From positions 71,437 to 135,436 of the forward strand of contig JAKPOU010000001.1 in NCBI GenBank assembly GCA_029547705.1: DNA of 64,000 bases, read 5' to 3'. This DNA comes from Bacteroidota bacterium (lineage in GTDB: Bacteria > Bacteroidota > Bacteroidia > Bacteroidales > VadinHA17). Position 1 is the stretch's first letter. Each line of letters begins with the position of its first letter. The notes beneath the pieces were generated by a model. It searched no databases and had not been told where the DNA came from. It worked only from the letters and a program-made list of their open reading frames with translations. Below, piece after piece: positions 39,243 to 48,815 of this stretch. The translations under genes were made by a program, and so were the position numbers.

Positions 39243-39701
39243 TCAGAAATTATCCGGTTTCACGGTTTTTCCGGCTTTTACATCCTTCTGTTCTTTTGCG
39301 GCAGCTTCATTGAGGGTGGTCAGATTATCAGAATCACATTCCCTGCAATGATCCACCGGGTGATCGCTGACCATGGTTTCATGGCATTCTTCGCATTTAT
39401 ACCAGTAATCTTCGGCAATAAAGGTGCCTCCCTGGATCATTATGGCCTTTCCTTCAACAAAAGCCCTGGCAACACTTTTACGGGCCTTGTCATATAATCT
39501 TGTAAAAGTCGGCCGCGAAATATTCATTCTTTCCGCAGCTTCCGCGTGTAACAGGTTTTCGTAATCAGCAAGCCGCAAAGCTTCAAATTCTTCATATAAA
39601 AGAATCACGGATTCAAGTTCCCGCATCGGAATCCCGAAAGGCTTGTAGCCTTTCATTCTCGGAGGATTGGTGAGCCGCCGGTGCCTTCTTCTGTTTGGCA
39701 T
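39243..39701 (-). CDS. DUF134 (UPF0251) HTH protein with C-terminal zinc ribbon
   Basis: EEFEALRLADY....AAERMNISRPTF.R...KARK, then CEEC...CREC. Confidence 0.88.
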   Translation of the reverse strand: MPNRRRHRRLTNPPRMKGYKPFGIPMRELESVILLYEEFEALRLADYENLLHAEAAERMNISRPTFTRLYDKARKSVARAFVEGKAIMIQGGTFIAEDYWYKCEECHETMVSDHPVDHCRECDSDNLTTLNEAAAKEQKDVKAGKTVKPDNF

Positions 39702-39751
39702 TGATAAAAAATGGATGTCTTCTGATGAATATTTTTACAAATTTAATTTTT

Positions 39752-39771
39752 AAATGGACATATGTTCATTT
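39752..39771. promoter_or_regulatory. Shared operator, copy 3
   Basis: AAATGGACATATGTTCATTT. Minus-strand TAAATTTG at 39738-39745. Confidence 0.78.
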
Positions 39772-39850
39772 ATTATTCTTAATTTTACAGGTAGAATGTT
39801 ATTTCACTTTATTATCAGATAAATATAAAATATAAAAGAGGTACGAAATT

Positions 39851-40339
39851 ATGAAAATCAAACTTTTTATCGTTGCCTTAATTTTATTTGGCGGATCAGC
39901 TGTCCTGGCACTTGCCCAGGACAAAGCGGCCGGACAGTCTCAGGAAGTTCCTGTTCCGGCCGGAAGGGGGGTTTATGTCGACGCGGACAATAATGGAATT
40001 TGTGATTATTTTGAAATGCGCGGCGCAAATTATGGTTTTGGCAGGGGACAGGGATATGGCAGGGCTCAGGCAGCAGTCCAGGGTTATGGCAGAGGCCAGG
40101 CAGCAGCCCAGGGCTACGGCAGGGCACAAATGGCAGTGCCGGGCGGCGGACCAGGCCCGGGCGGCGGATGGGGCCGTGCAATGGCTCCCGGACAGGGCCG
40201 TGGCCTGGGTCCCGCAAAAGGCTGGGGCCGCGGACTGGGGCCGGGGCAGGGACAGGGACTTGCACCGGGAGGAAGGTTTTTTAAAGATGAAAACAAAAAC
40301 GGAATCTGTGATTTTTACGAGGAATCCGTTAAAAAATAA
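39851..40339 (+). CDS. Secreted Gly-rich protein with two DxDxNGICD EF-hand-like loops
   Basis: Signal peptide, then DADNNGICDYFE and DENKNGICDFYE flanking a low-complexity linker. Confidence 0.8.
   Translation: MKIKLFIVALILFGGSAVLALAQDKAAGQSQEVPVPAGRGVYVDADNNGICDYFEMRGANYGFGRGQGYGRAQAAVQGYGRGQAAAQGYGRAQMAVPGGGPGPGGGWGRAMAPGQGRGLGPAKGWGRGLGPGQGQGLAPGGRFFKDENKNGICDFYEESVKK
40049..40138 (+). repeat. Coding tandem repeat, 3 x 30 bp
   Basis: Encodes QGYGRAQAAV / QGYGRGQAAA / QGYGRAQMAV. Confidence 0.85.
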
Positions 40340-40414
40340 ACAGCTCCGACTTAAATAAGCGCACTGTCTTCAGTGCCGGAGAGAACAAATGGCGGGTGGA
40401 CAGATGTAACTGGT

Positions 40415-40873
40415 TTATGCTTCCTTGAGTTTCAGATCTTTTATCAGCTCATTCATTTCTCTCCGTGCAGCATCGAAAGTATCATATCTGTTAACGACAA
40501 TTTTTCTGGATCCGTCCCTACTTACCAGGGCCAGCCTGATGTTCCTGTCTGTAAGGTTTGAGGGGGCATTCCGCCTGCTCCTGCCCGTTGATCTTCTTCC
40601 TTTGGTATAAATTGTAAATTTCCTGAAATGGTCCACACTGTACCACCTGCCGGCTTTAACCCATCCGAAAAGGCAGATGTAGTTTTTCAGCCTTCGCCTC
40701 TCAAAATCGATAATGGTTCCTTCATATGTGAATACTGCAAATATTCCCGCTAGTACAAGGAGCAGGCCGGCAATACTGAAACACGAGATTATCACTCCGG
40801 AAACGATAAGGAAATATCCGGCATATATGAGTGCCTGCCCGAACAGCCTGCCCAATCTGTATTCTTCCTTCAT
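40415..40873 (-). CDS. Hypothetical two-TM membrane protein
   Basis: Two N-terminal hydrophobic segments and a basic C-domain. Confidence 0.7.
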   Translation of the reverse strand: MKEEYRLGRLFGQALIYAGYFLIVSGVIISCFSIAGLLLVLAGIFAVFTYEGTIIDFERRRLKNYICLFGWVKAGRWYSVDHFRKFTIYTKGRRSTGRSRRNAPSNLTDRNIRLALVSRDGSRKIVVNRYDTFDAARREMNELIKDLKLKEA

Positions 40874-41008
40874 GTTTCAAAGATTAATTAAAACATTTCA
40901 ACCTCTACTGTACCCGGACCGTTAAAAAGAATCTCCTGCATTAAAGTTAACATTTCGTAACGAAGAACATATTCATCCGGTGATTATTAATATTAATTTT
41001 GCGGGATC

Positions 41009-42022
41009 ATGGCAAATGTAATAATAGGTATCCATGGCCTGGGCAACAAACCACCGGAGGAAATTCTCGCAACCTGGTGGAAGGCTGCAATGGCCGAAGG
41101 GCTGAAAAATTCAGGCCATGATAGTGCCATGATAAGATTCAGCCTAGCATACTGGGCTGATATTCTATATGACAAAAGACAGGATCCTTCCGAAAAAGAT
41201 CCGGTCAGCCCGTATTATATGGATGAAAAATACAATAAAGCTTCCGGGGATTTTACAGGTGAAGATTACAGTACCCGGAAAAAGGTTATTGATTTCCTTG
41301 GCCGTCAGATGAACCGGATATTTCTCAATGAAGATCTGACTCTGAATTATTCATTCATAACCGACGCTATAATCCACAGGTATTTTAACGATCTTGAAAT
41401 ATACTATTCAGGTCATATTCTTGATATAAAAAAGAATGCACTGCTTAATGCCGGGGAACTGATAAGGGAGCGCCTGCTCTCTCTTCTGAAGGCACACAGC
41501 AAGGACGAAATAATGCTGATCGGCCATTCAATGGGATCGATCATTGCTTATGATGTTCTGACGTTTCTTGCACCCGACATCAGGATCAATACCCTTGTAA
41601 CAATGGGATCCCCGCTCGGTCTTCCGGTTATCATCAGCAGGACGGCCGCCGAAGCCGGACAACGGGGCATGGACAATAAACAGCTTGCCACGCCTCCCGG
41701 TGTAATCAGAAAGTGGTATAATTTTTCTGATCTGCATGACAAGGTTTCATTTAATTACAGATTATCAGATCATTACTCTGAGAATGCCCACGGTGTTAAA
41801 CCCTTTGATATTCTGATCATCAACAACTACGAAAGCAACGGGATCCGCAATCCCCATAAATCATTCGGATATCTGCGGGCTACGCAGTTCACGGAAATCC
41901 TGAATGAATTCATCCTGTCCGAAAAATTATCCCTTGTACAGAAAGCAGGGCGCAGTATCAGCAGGATGACCAGAAGCCTCAGATCATTAATTTCACCTGC
42001 AGGGCAAAAAACCAGGCAATAA
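41009..42022 (+). CDS. Alpha/beta hydrolase fold protein
   Basis: IHG, GHSMG nucleophile elbow, TMGSPL, D and NPH as triad candidates. Confidence 0.8.
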   Translation: MANVIIGIHGLGNKPPEEILATWWKAAMAEGLKNSGHDSAMIRFSLAYWADILYDKRQDPSEKDPVSPYYMDEKYNKASGDFTGEDYSTRKKVIDFLGRQMNRIFLNEDLTLNYSFITDAIIHRYFNDLEIYYSGHILDIKKNALLNAGELIRERLLSLLKAHSKDEIMLIGHSMGSIIAYDVLTFLAPDIRINTLVTMGSPLGLPVIISRTAAEAGQRGMDNKQLATPPGVIRKWYNFSDLHDKVSFNYRLSDHYSENAHGVKPFDILIINNYESNGIRNPHKSFGYLRATQFTEILNEFILSEKLSLVQKAGRSISRMTRSLRSLISPAGQKTRQ

Positions 42023-42195
42023 CTCTCATAAAATCCCTTTGCCTCTTTCAGCAGACAGGGGAATTTCCTTCAGTCACACGGAAAATAAATGAAAAGACAG
42101 GGTGATTTTGTTGCGGGCCATGATTTTTATGTAAGTTTGGCGGCTGGCGTATCAGATATATGCCCTTTCTTGATGAAACAATTCTTTTTGAAACA

Positions 42196-43587
42196 ATGAA
42201 TATCTATACGTTTTTTCTTTCCCTGATAGCCGCAATGGGAGGCTTTCTTTTCGGATATGATACTGCAGTGATCTCAGGTACAATTTCACAGGTTGCACTG
42301 CAGTTTGGTCTCGACTCAATCCAGACCGGCTGGTATGTGGGATGTGCCCTTGTGGGTTCAATAATAGGAGTCAGTTTTGCAGGCATACTGAGTGATTATC
42401 TCGGAAGGAAAAACACAATGTTCATTTCAGCTGTTCTGTTCACCGTTTCTGCTGCGGGCTGTGCAATAGCAAGCGGCTTCAACGGACTGGTTGTTTACAG
42501 GATAATCGGAGGGATGGGTATTGGAGTGGCATCCATCGTATCTCCCGTCTATATTTCGGAAATATCTGCGGCAAGACACAGGGGAAGCATGGTTGCACTG
42601 TATCAGCTTGCAATAACCATAGGATTTCTGGCAGCATACCTGTTCAATTATCTGCTTCTGGGTTACTCCGTCAGGAGTTCCTTTGCCAGTCCCCTGATGC
42701 ACAAAATATTCAATGCCGAAGTATGGCGTGCAATGCTCGGACTGGAAACCCTTCCTGCCCTCCTGTTCATAATCCTGATTTTTTTCGTGCCTGAGAGTCC
42801 GCGCTGGCTTATTTTGAAAAACAGGGTTGAAAAAAGCCGGAGCATCATTTACCGTATTCACGGAAACAGGCAGGATACCGAAGAGGAAATAAATTCCATA
42901 CTTGAATCAACCGGCCGGGAAACAAAATCGGAATGGACAATGCTGCTGAAGCCAGGCATTTTCAAAGCTGTTCTGATCGGAGTGGCAATTGCCATGCTGG
43001 GACAATTCATGGGAGTAAATGCAGTTCTGTACTACGGGCCGACAATATTTGAAAAAAGCGGCCTGTCAACCGGCGATTCACTCTTCTACCAGGTTATGGT
43101 AGGACTCGTAAACATGGGAACAACTGTCATCGCACTCCTTATAATAGACAGAGTGGGCCGGAAGAAGCTTGTTTACTGGGGCGTGTCGGGAATGATCATT
43201 TCCCTTATCCTGATAGGTCTGTATTTTCTGTACGGGGAAAAGGCAGGATTGGCATCCCTGTTTCTCCTTGCATTCTTCCTCCTGTATATCTTTTGCTGTG
43301 CCATTTCCATATGTGCCGTTATATTTGTTCTGCTGTCGGAAATGTACCCTACCAGGGTACGCGGACTGGCAATGTCGGTAGCAGGTATTTCACTGTGGAT
43401 AGGAACTTATCTGATCGGTCAGCTCACTCCCTGGCTGCTTGAGAATCTCACACCCTCGGGTACATTTTTCCTTTTCGCAGCAATGTGCTTCCCCTATATG
43501 TGGCTGATGTGGAAAAAGATCCCGGAAACAACCGGAAAATCACTTGAGGAAATTGAAGAATACTGGCTTGGCCCGACGGGTGCCTGA
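42196..43587 (+). CDS. Sugar porter family MFS transporter
   Basis: GGFLFGYDTAVISG, SDYLGRK, PESPRWL, PETTGKSLEEIE. Track start is 42160. Confidence 0.93.
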   Translation: MNIYTFFLSLIAAMGGFLFGYDTAVISGTISQVALQFGLDSIQTGWYVGCALVGSIIGVSFAGILSDYLGRKNTMFISAVLFTVSAAGCAIASGFNGLVVYRIIGGMGIGVASIVSPVYISEISAARHRGSMVALYQLAITIGFLAAYLFNYLLLGYSVRSSFASPLMHKIFNAEVWRAMLGLETLPALLFIILIFFVPESPRWLILKNRVEKSRSIIYRIHGNRQDTEEEINSILESTGRETKSEWTMLLKPGIFKAVLIGVAIAMLGQFMGVNAVLYYGPTIFEKSGLSTGDSLFYQVMVGLVNMGTTVIALLIIDRVGRKKLVYWGVSGMIISLILIGLYFLYGEKAGLASLFLLAFFLLYIFCCAISICAVIFVLLSEMYPTRVRGLAMSVAGISLWIGTYLIGQLTPWLLENLTPSGTFFLFAAMCFPYMWLMWKKIPETTGKSLEEIEEYWLGPTGA

Positions 43588-43611
43588 CTTCCCCGGTAAA
43601 CGGAAATCATA

Positions 43612-44013
43612 TCAGTCCGTTTTGCTCATCAGGAGCTTCCCGTGCCTGATGCCCTTTATGGCTATCAGCTTGTCGGCCAGTTCAGTCAGCCTTTTAGCCT
43701 TACCCCTGACTGCAATGACCTCCAGGCATATATCCTGATTCAGGTAGAAATGCTGGGATGAAAGGATAACATCGAAATAGTTATGCCTGACATCATTTGA
43801 CTTTGTTATGATATCCTTCTTCTGCTGATCATAGATGATGATCACTGCGCCCGCAACAATATTGTTGCAATGCCATTTTTCCTCAACAATATTTTTTTCA
43901 ATAAGGTACCTCAGGCCCTGTGAACGGTTGGCGAAATTGTTATTTCCGACGTAATCATCCAGCTCCTTAAGCAGCTTTTCCTCAAGGCTTACACTAAATC
44001 GAACAACACTCAT
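43612..44013 (-). CDS. nikR: NikR family regulator (divergent metal site)
   Basis: RHH domain VRFSVSL...NRS, then an ACT domain ending GIRHGKL. H76, H87 and C95 equivalents present, H89 is Tyr. Confidence 0.88.
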   Translation of the reverse strand: MSVVRFSVSLEEKLLKELDDYVGNNNFANRSQGLRYLIEKNIVEEKWHCNNIVAGAVIIIYDQQKKDIITKSNDVRHNYFDVILSSQHFYLNQDICLEVIAVRGKAKRLTELADKLIAIKGIRHGKLLMSKTD

Positions 44014-44179
44014 CGTAACACAAATTTGATCCGGCGGGCATTATCTGCCGGGAGCCGGAATTATTTCCCTGATGCTTTCCGGCGGGCGGTCAGGAACCGT
44101 TATCATGCTTACGGCCTTTTCGCCGCCGGCCGGCCACTGTGTAAAGCAACGGTAAATTCCGCAGGTTCCCGTCCGGGTA

Positions 44180-45154
44180 TTACTGGCACTTAAGATTGGT
44201 TCTCTGTGCCTTTGATGCTTCAAGAAAAGGTCCGTACATGGCATTCTTAAATGAAGCACATGCTTCCGCATTCTGGCCTTTCCCCGCCTGTGCCACGGCA
44301 AGCTGGTAATAGAACTTTGCCTTGGCTTCAGCATCCCCGGTTTCCATATCCAGGCCCTTCTGTGCATATTCCGCACCGCTGTTGTAATTTTTCTGCTTGT
44401 TGTACACATCGGCAAAATAATAGAACAGATCCTTGTCATCTCCATATTTTGCGGATTTATTAAGCAGGCCGAGGGCTTCTTCGAGATTATCAGCCTGATT
44501 GGCCCTTGAGCCGGCTGCACGGAAATATTCAAGTGCAACTCCGGATGCCTGCTGAGCTCTTGCCGTGTCATTTGCTGCTGAGGCCTTTTCAATGCAAAGA
44601 TCAATGGTCCCCTCAAAATTTTCTGCATCATCCTGATTCCTGTACAGCAATGCCTTATTGAATATTGCCGCAGTGTAGTCAGGATTTATGGCCAGGAGGG
44701 AATCATAAACCAGCAGGGCATTATCATAGTCCCTGGTATTAAAATATTCATTGCCGAGGTTATAGTATCCCTGTACAAGCAGTTTATTTGCGTTTTCCCT
44801 GTGCGTTTCATTGTTATATTTTTCTGCGGCGGCAACTGCAGTCTTAGATGCTTTAATCAGTTCTGCCGCAGGCTTCTTTTCACTGAGAGCATCATTAGCC
44901 AGTCTGACATACAATCCCGGCAGAATCTGTATTGCCCTGTCCCTAAGATCATCACAGGTTTCGCCTACTTCGGCTGCAAGTTTAATGACATTTTCAAAAG
45001 CTTCAATGGAAGCATTCACATCGGTTTTAACGGTTTTTGCCCCTTCATTGTAAACCTTGATAACATCGCTTCTGGTCTGCCCGTTGAGATTGAAACCAAG
45101 TACGGCGGAAATGATCAGCATAACTGCAACCCTTCTTAATAAACGTAAGTTCAT
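44180..45154 (-). CDS. Secreted TPR-repeat protein
   Basis: Signal peptide and repeated Y/G/A helical TPR patterns. Confidence 0.8.
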   Translation of the reverse strand: MNLRLLRRVAVMLIISAVLGFNLNGQTRSDVIKVYNEGAKTVKTDVNASIEAFENVIKLAAEVGETCDDLRDRAIQILPGLYVRLANDALSEKKPAAELIKASKTAVAAAEKYNNETHRENANKLLVQGYYNLGNEYFNTRDYDNALLVYDSLLAINPDYTAAIFNKALLYRNQDDAENFEGTIDLCIEKASAANDTARAQQASGVALEYFRAAGSRANQADNLEEALGLLNKSAKYGDDKDLFYYFADVYNKQKNYNSGAEYAQKGLDMETGDAEAKAKFYYQLAVAQAGKGQNAEACASFKNAMYGPFLEASKAQRTNLKCQ

Positions 45155-45336
45155 AACAAATCAGATTTATTAATTAATAATCAAAGTCAGCAAATTTATT
45201 AAATAAAATTTATAAGGTCCGGTTTTCAGCCTGCCACAAAAGCAAAAATAACCATACTGCTCACTTAACATGATATTTTTTAAATAATTAAATCATGCAT
45301 TGGTCAAAATTTGTTAAAATTACTGCTTTTTTCCAA

Positions 45337-45356
45337 TTATGAACAAATGTTCATTA
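45337..45356. promoter_or_regulatory. Shared operator, copy 4
   Basis: TTATGAACAAATGTTCATTA overlapping the TAGCTTTG -7 element (45355-45362). Confidence 0.75.
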
Positions 45357-45501
45357 GCTTTGCAGTCCGGGCCGGCCCCCTTTCATCAGGGATCTGCGGG
45401 CATGAATGTTTAATATCCCGTACATCCGGGATATGTTCATTGGCATGATAAGGCGGCCGAAGCCCCGTAACGCGGGAAGGATTAACAAATTCAACATAAT
45501 C

Positions 45502-45822
45502 ATGAAAGTAGCCATTACCAGTACAGGCAGTACATCTGACAGCAAACTTGATCCGAGATTCGGCAGATGTTCGTATTTCGTCATCTATGATACTGACACC
45601 CGGGAAATGGAATTCATCCGGAATCCCAACAAGGATGCGACGGAAGGTGCAGGTCCGGCATCGGTTCAGACAGTTGCTTCCCGGAATGTTAAAAAAATCA
45701 TATCAGGAGAATTCGGTACCAAGATAAGATCCCTGCTTGACAGTCTCGGAATAGAGATGACAGCAATCCGGGATCCTGAAAAAAGCATATCGGATATTGT
45801 AGAAATGCTCGGTCAGCAATAA
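45502..45822 (+). CDS. NifB/NifX family (orange protein/MTH1175-like)
   Basis: MKVAI, LDPRFGR, EGAG, SGEFG. Track start is 45406. Confidence 0.85.
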   Translation: MKVAITSTGSTSDSKLDPRFGRCSYFVIYDTDTREMEFIRNPNKDATEGAGPASVQTVASRNVKKIISGEFGTKIRSLLDSLGIEMTAIRDPEKSISDIVEMLGQQ

Positions 45823-45892
45823 AACATATACACATGAAGCGGCCATGATGGAATGCACCGGGAGGCCTTTGTCAAACAAAACCAAAACAAAG

Positions 45893-46231
45893 ATGAAAAA
45901 AAGAATAGCCGTCCCGCTTGAAAACGGGATATTATGTACACATTTCGGCCATTGCCAGCAATTTGCCATTATTGACACAAACGAAAATATTATTACAGAG
46001 GAACAACTTATTACCCCGCCTCCTCATGAACCGGGTCTTCTTCCGGGCTGGCTGGCAGAAAAGGGAGTTACGGATGTGATAGCGGGCGGAATGGGTCAAA
46101 GGGCCATTAATTTATTCAATCAGCAGAAAATAAACGTATTTGTCGGTGCACCGGTCAAAACGCCGAATGAGCTGGCGAGCGATCTGCTCAGCAATTCACT
46201 GAAAGCGGGAGCAAATTATTGTGATCACTGA
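45893..46231 (+). CDS. NifB/NifX family protein
   Basis: RIAVP, CTHFGHC, PPPHEPG, AGGMG, NYCDH. Confidence 0.88.
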   Translation: MKKRIAVPLENGILCTHFGHCQQFAIIDTNENIITEEQLITPPPHEPGLLPGWLAEKGVTDVIAGGMGQRAINLFNQQKINVFVGAPVKTPNELASDLLSNSLKAGANYCDH

Positions 46232-46266
46232 AATTACGCAGGCATTTTGACCTGGCCTGTACCATA

Positions 46267-47145
46267 ATGATAAAAATTGCTATTGCCAGCGGAAAAGGCG
46301 GAACGGGAAAAACCTTCGTTTCCACTAATATCTTTTATGCTCTGACCCGGGAGAATATCAGTTCCGTTCTAGCAGACTGTGATGCCGAAGCCCCGAATGT
46401 ACTTTCATTCTTCAGGACTGTCAGGAAGGAGACTCATGAGGTTGTACAGCACGTGCCGGTGATAGATGTCAGCAAGTGCACTTTCTGCGGAAAATGCCAT
46501 GAATACTGTAATTACAATGCCATATTCATCCTGCCGCCGTCAGGAATAATCAGTGTGATTGAAGATCTCTGCCACGGCTGCGGTGCCTGCAGTGTTGCCT
46601 GTGAATATGATGCCATTACCGAAAAACCTTTTCCGCTTGGAAATGTTAATATTTCTCTGTACAACAATTCACACCCTGTTATTGAGGCAAGAATGAATAC
46701 GGGTATTATGTCACCGGTTAGGGTTATCAAGGAAGCTCTCAGGCATATCAGGCATGAGGCTGAAATAGTGATCCTGGACTCTCCTCCGGGAACATCCTGT
46801 CCTTTTATCCAGACAGTCAGCCAGGCTGATTATGTAATACTTGTTACCGAACCGACTCCATTCGGCCTGAGTGACCTCAGACAGAGCGTGGAAACACTCA
46901 GAACAATGGACAGTAAGTTTGGTGTGATTATCAATAAAGCGGGAATGGGCAACAATGATGTCAGGGAATACCTGAAAAAAGAAGGCATAGACCTTTTACT
47001 GGAAATACCTTACAGCAGGGAAACTGCCGGACTGTATTCCGCCGGCAGGCTGCTTGCGGAAGCTGATGAATCCTTCGGGAAACAATTGCTGAATGTTACT
47101 GAATACATTACCGGGAAATATGGAAATAGCAATAGTCAGCGGTAA
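46267..47145 (+). CDS. MinD/ParA-type ATPase with 2x[4Fe-4S] insert
   Basis: SGKGGTGKT, DCDAEAPN, two CxxCxxCxxxC motifs, DSPPGTSC. Confidence 0.9.
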   Translation: MIKIAIASGKGGTGKTFVSTNIFYALTRENISSVLADCDAEAPNVLSFFRTVRKETHEVVQHVPVIDVSKCTFCGKCHEYCNYNAIFILPPSGIISVIEDLCHGCGACSVACEYDAITEKPFPLGNVNISLYNNSHPVIEARMNTGIMSPVRVIKEALRHIRHEAEIVILDSPPGTSCPFIQTVSQADYVILVTEPTPFGLSDLRQSVETLRTMDSKFGVIINKAGMGNNDVREYLKKEGIDLLLEIPYSRETAGLYSAGRLLAEADESFGKQLLNVTEYITGKYGNSNSQR

Positions 47146-47992
47146 GGGCGGTACGGGCAAATCCAGCATTAGTGCGGCGTTTGCAACGGCCGGCGGCCGG
47201 GTTGTCATTGCAGATTGTGACGTTGATGCGGCAAACCTTTATCTGATATTCAATCCTGTTGATGAAGAAGAAACTGTATATGTATCAGGTCATAATGCTG
47301 TCATAAACTATGACCTGTGCACTAACTGCGGTTTATGTACAGACTACTGCCGCTTTGATGCAATATCAGCCGGGGATGATGGAATTGTAACCATCTCCGG
47401 GATTTCCTGTGACGGCTGCTTTCTCTGTTCACGCGTTTGTCCCGAGAAAGCCATTGAGATGATCCCCAATGACAAAAGCAGAATGTACTCAGGATCTTTC
47501 CGAAACGGCAGAATGGTTTACGGAAAGCTTGCCCCCGGGGAAGAGAATTCAGGGAAGCTGGTAAACATGGTACGCGAAAAGGCAAAGGAAACAGCCCGTG
47601 AAAATAATATCGGCACAATCATCCTGGATGGTCCCCCGGGAATAGGCTGCCCTGCAATCTCAACCATAACCGGTGCCGACAAGGTTGTCATCGTAACGGA
47701 ACCGACCATATCCGGATTGTCTGACCTGAAAAGGATGGCAGAGGTTACAGGGAAATTCAGCCTGCAGGCATTGGCCATCATCAACAAGTATGACCTCAAT
47801 ACTGAAATAAGCGGTCAGATTGAAGAGTGGTGCAGTCAGAACGGAATCCGTGTTATCGGAAAACTTCCCTTTGACAGCCGCATAACGGAAGCAATGATAC
47901 AGTCAAAAAGCATTACGGAATATAATCCGCAACTTGATATCAGTAATAAATTGAAAGAAATATGGCAACAAATCCTCAATCAAAACCAATGA
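47120..47992 (+). CDS. Second MinD/ParA-type ATPase with 2x[4Fe-4S] insert
   Basis: SGKGGTGKS, DCDVDAAN, two ferredoxin motifs, DGPPGIGCP. Confidence 0.9.
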   Translation: MEIAIVSGKGGTGKSSISAAFATAGGRVVIADCDVDAANLYLIFNPVDEEETVYVSGHNAVINYDLCTNCGLCTDYCRFDAISAGDDGIVTISGISCDGCFLCSRVCPEKAIEMIPNDKSRMYSGSFRNGRMVYGKLAPGEENSGKLVNMVREKAKETARENNIGTIILDGPPGIGCPAISTITGADKVVIVTEPTISGLSDLKRMAEVTGKFSLQALAIINKYDLNTEISGQIEEWCSQNGIRVIGKLPFDSRITEAMIQSKSITEYNPQLDISNKLKEIWQQILNQNQ

Positions 47993-48807
47993 ATGATCTT
48001 TTTGAAAAAATTCCCATGGAAGGGATCAGAAACATTATTGTTGTGGCATCCGGCAAGGGCGGAGTCGGAAAATCAACCGTAGCCGTCAACCTTGCAGTCA
48101 CCCTTGCCAGAAACGGTCTCAGTACCGCATTGTTCGACGCGGACATATTCGGTCCGTCAGTTCCCAGAATGTTCGGACTGGAAGATGTCAGGCCGGAAGT
48201 ATCAGCAGTCGGGGATAAGGAGATTTTCTTCCCGGTAAAGAAATTCGGGGTAAACATCATTTCAATAGGCTTTTTTATTGATCAGAGCCAGTCACTTATA
48301 TGGCGCGGACCCATGGCGGGAAAAGCAGTCACACAGCTTCTGGGTGATACCCAGTGGGGTGAAACCGATTACCTGATAATTGATTTTCCTCCGGGAACCA
48401 GTGATATCCAGCTTACTACCGTTCAGAAACTGAATCTTTCCGGAGCAGTCATTGTAACCACTCCGCAGGAAATATCACTCAACGATGCCCGTAAAGCAGC
48501 GTCCATGTTCAATAATCCCGATCTCAATGTTCCCATTCTCGGGGTTATTGAAAACATGTCGTGGTTTACACCTGAAAAGCATCCGGATGAAGTATATTAT
48601 ATTTTCGGAAAAGGCGGCGGACTAAGGCTGGCAAAGGAATTCAACACAGAACTGCTCGGACAGATACCCCTGGTTATGGAAGTGGGTGAAGCAGCGGATC
48701 AGGGACTGACTGTATTCAGTCAGAAAAACAAGCCGGTTGTAAAGGCTTTTGAACAGATAGCGGAATCAATAATTGCAAAAACCGAAAAAAGGGAAGCAGG
48801 GAAATAA
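47989..48807 (+). CDS. mrp: Mrp/NBP35 (ApbC) Fe-S carrier ATPase
   Basis: SGKGGVGKS, DADIFGPS, WRGPM, D.PPGTSD, ENMS. Confidence 0.92.
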   Translation: MNDLFEKIPMEGIRNIIVVASGKGGVGKSTVAVNLAVTLARNGLSTALFDADIFGPSVPRMFGLEDVRPEVSAVGDKEIFFPVKKFGVNIISIGFFIDQSQSLIWRGPMAGKAVTQLLGDTQWGETDYLIIDFPPGTSDIQLTTVQKLNLSGAVIVTTPQEISLNDARKAASMFNNPDLNVPILGVIENMSWFTPEKHPDEVYYIFGKGGGLRLAKEFNTELLGQIPLVMEVGEAADQGLTVFSQKNKPVVKAFEQIAESIIAKTEKREAGK

Positions 48808-48815
48808 ACCTGCTG

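Noticed and set aside
44015-44021. GTAACAC NikR-like half-site at the nikR start
   Set aside because: No partner half-site at the expected 13-16 nt spacing.
45363-45501. Moco/Tuco riboswitch call for the leader
   Set aside because: I could not find the conserved Moco motif elements. Kept only as an unassigned structured leader.
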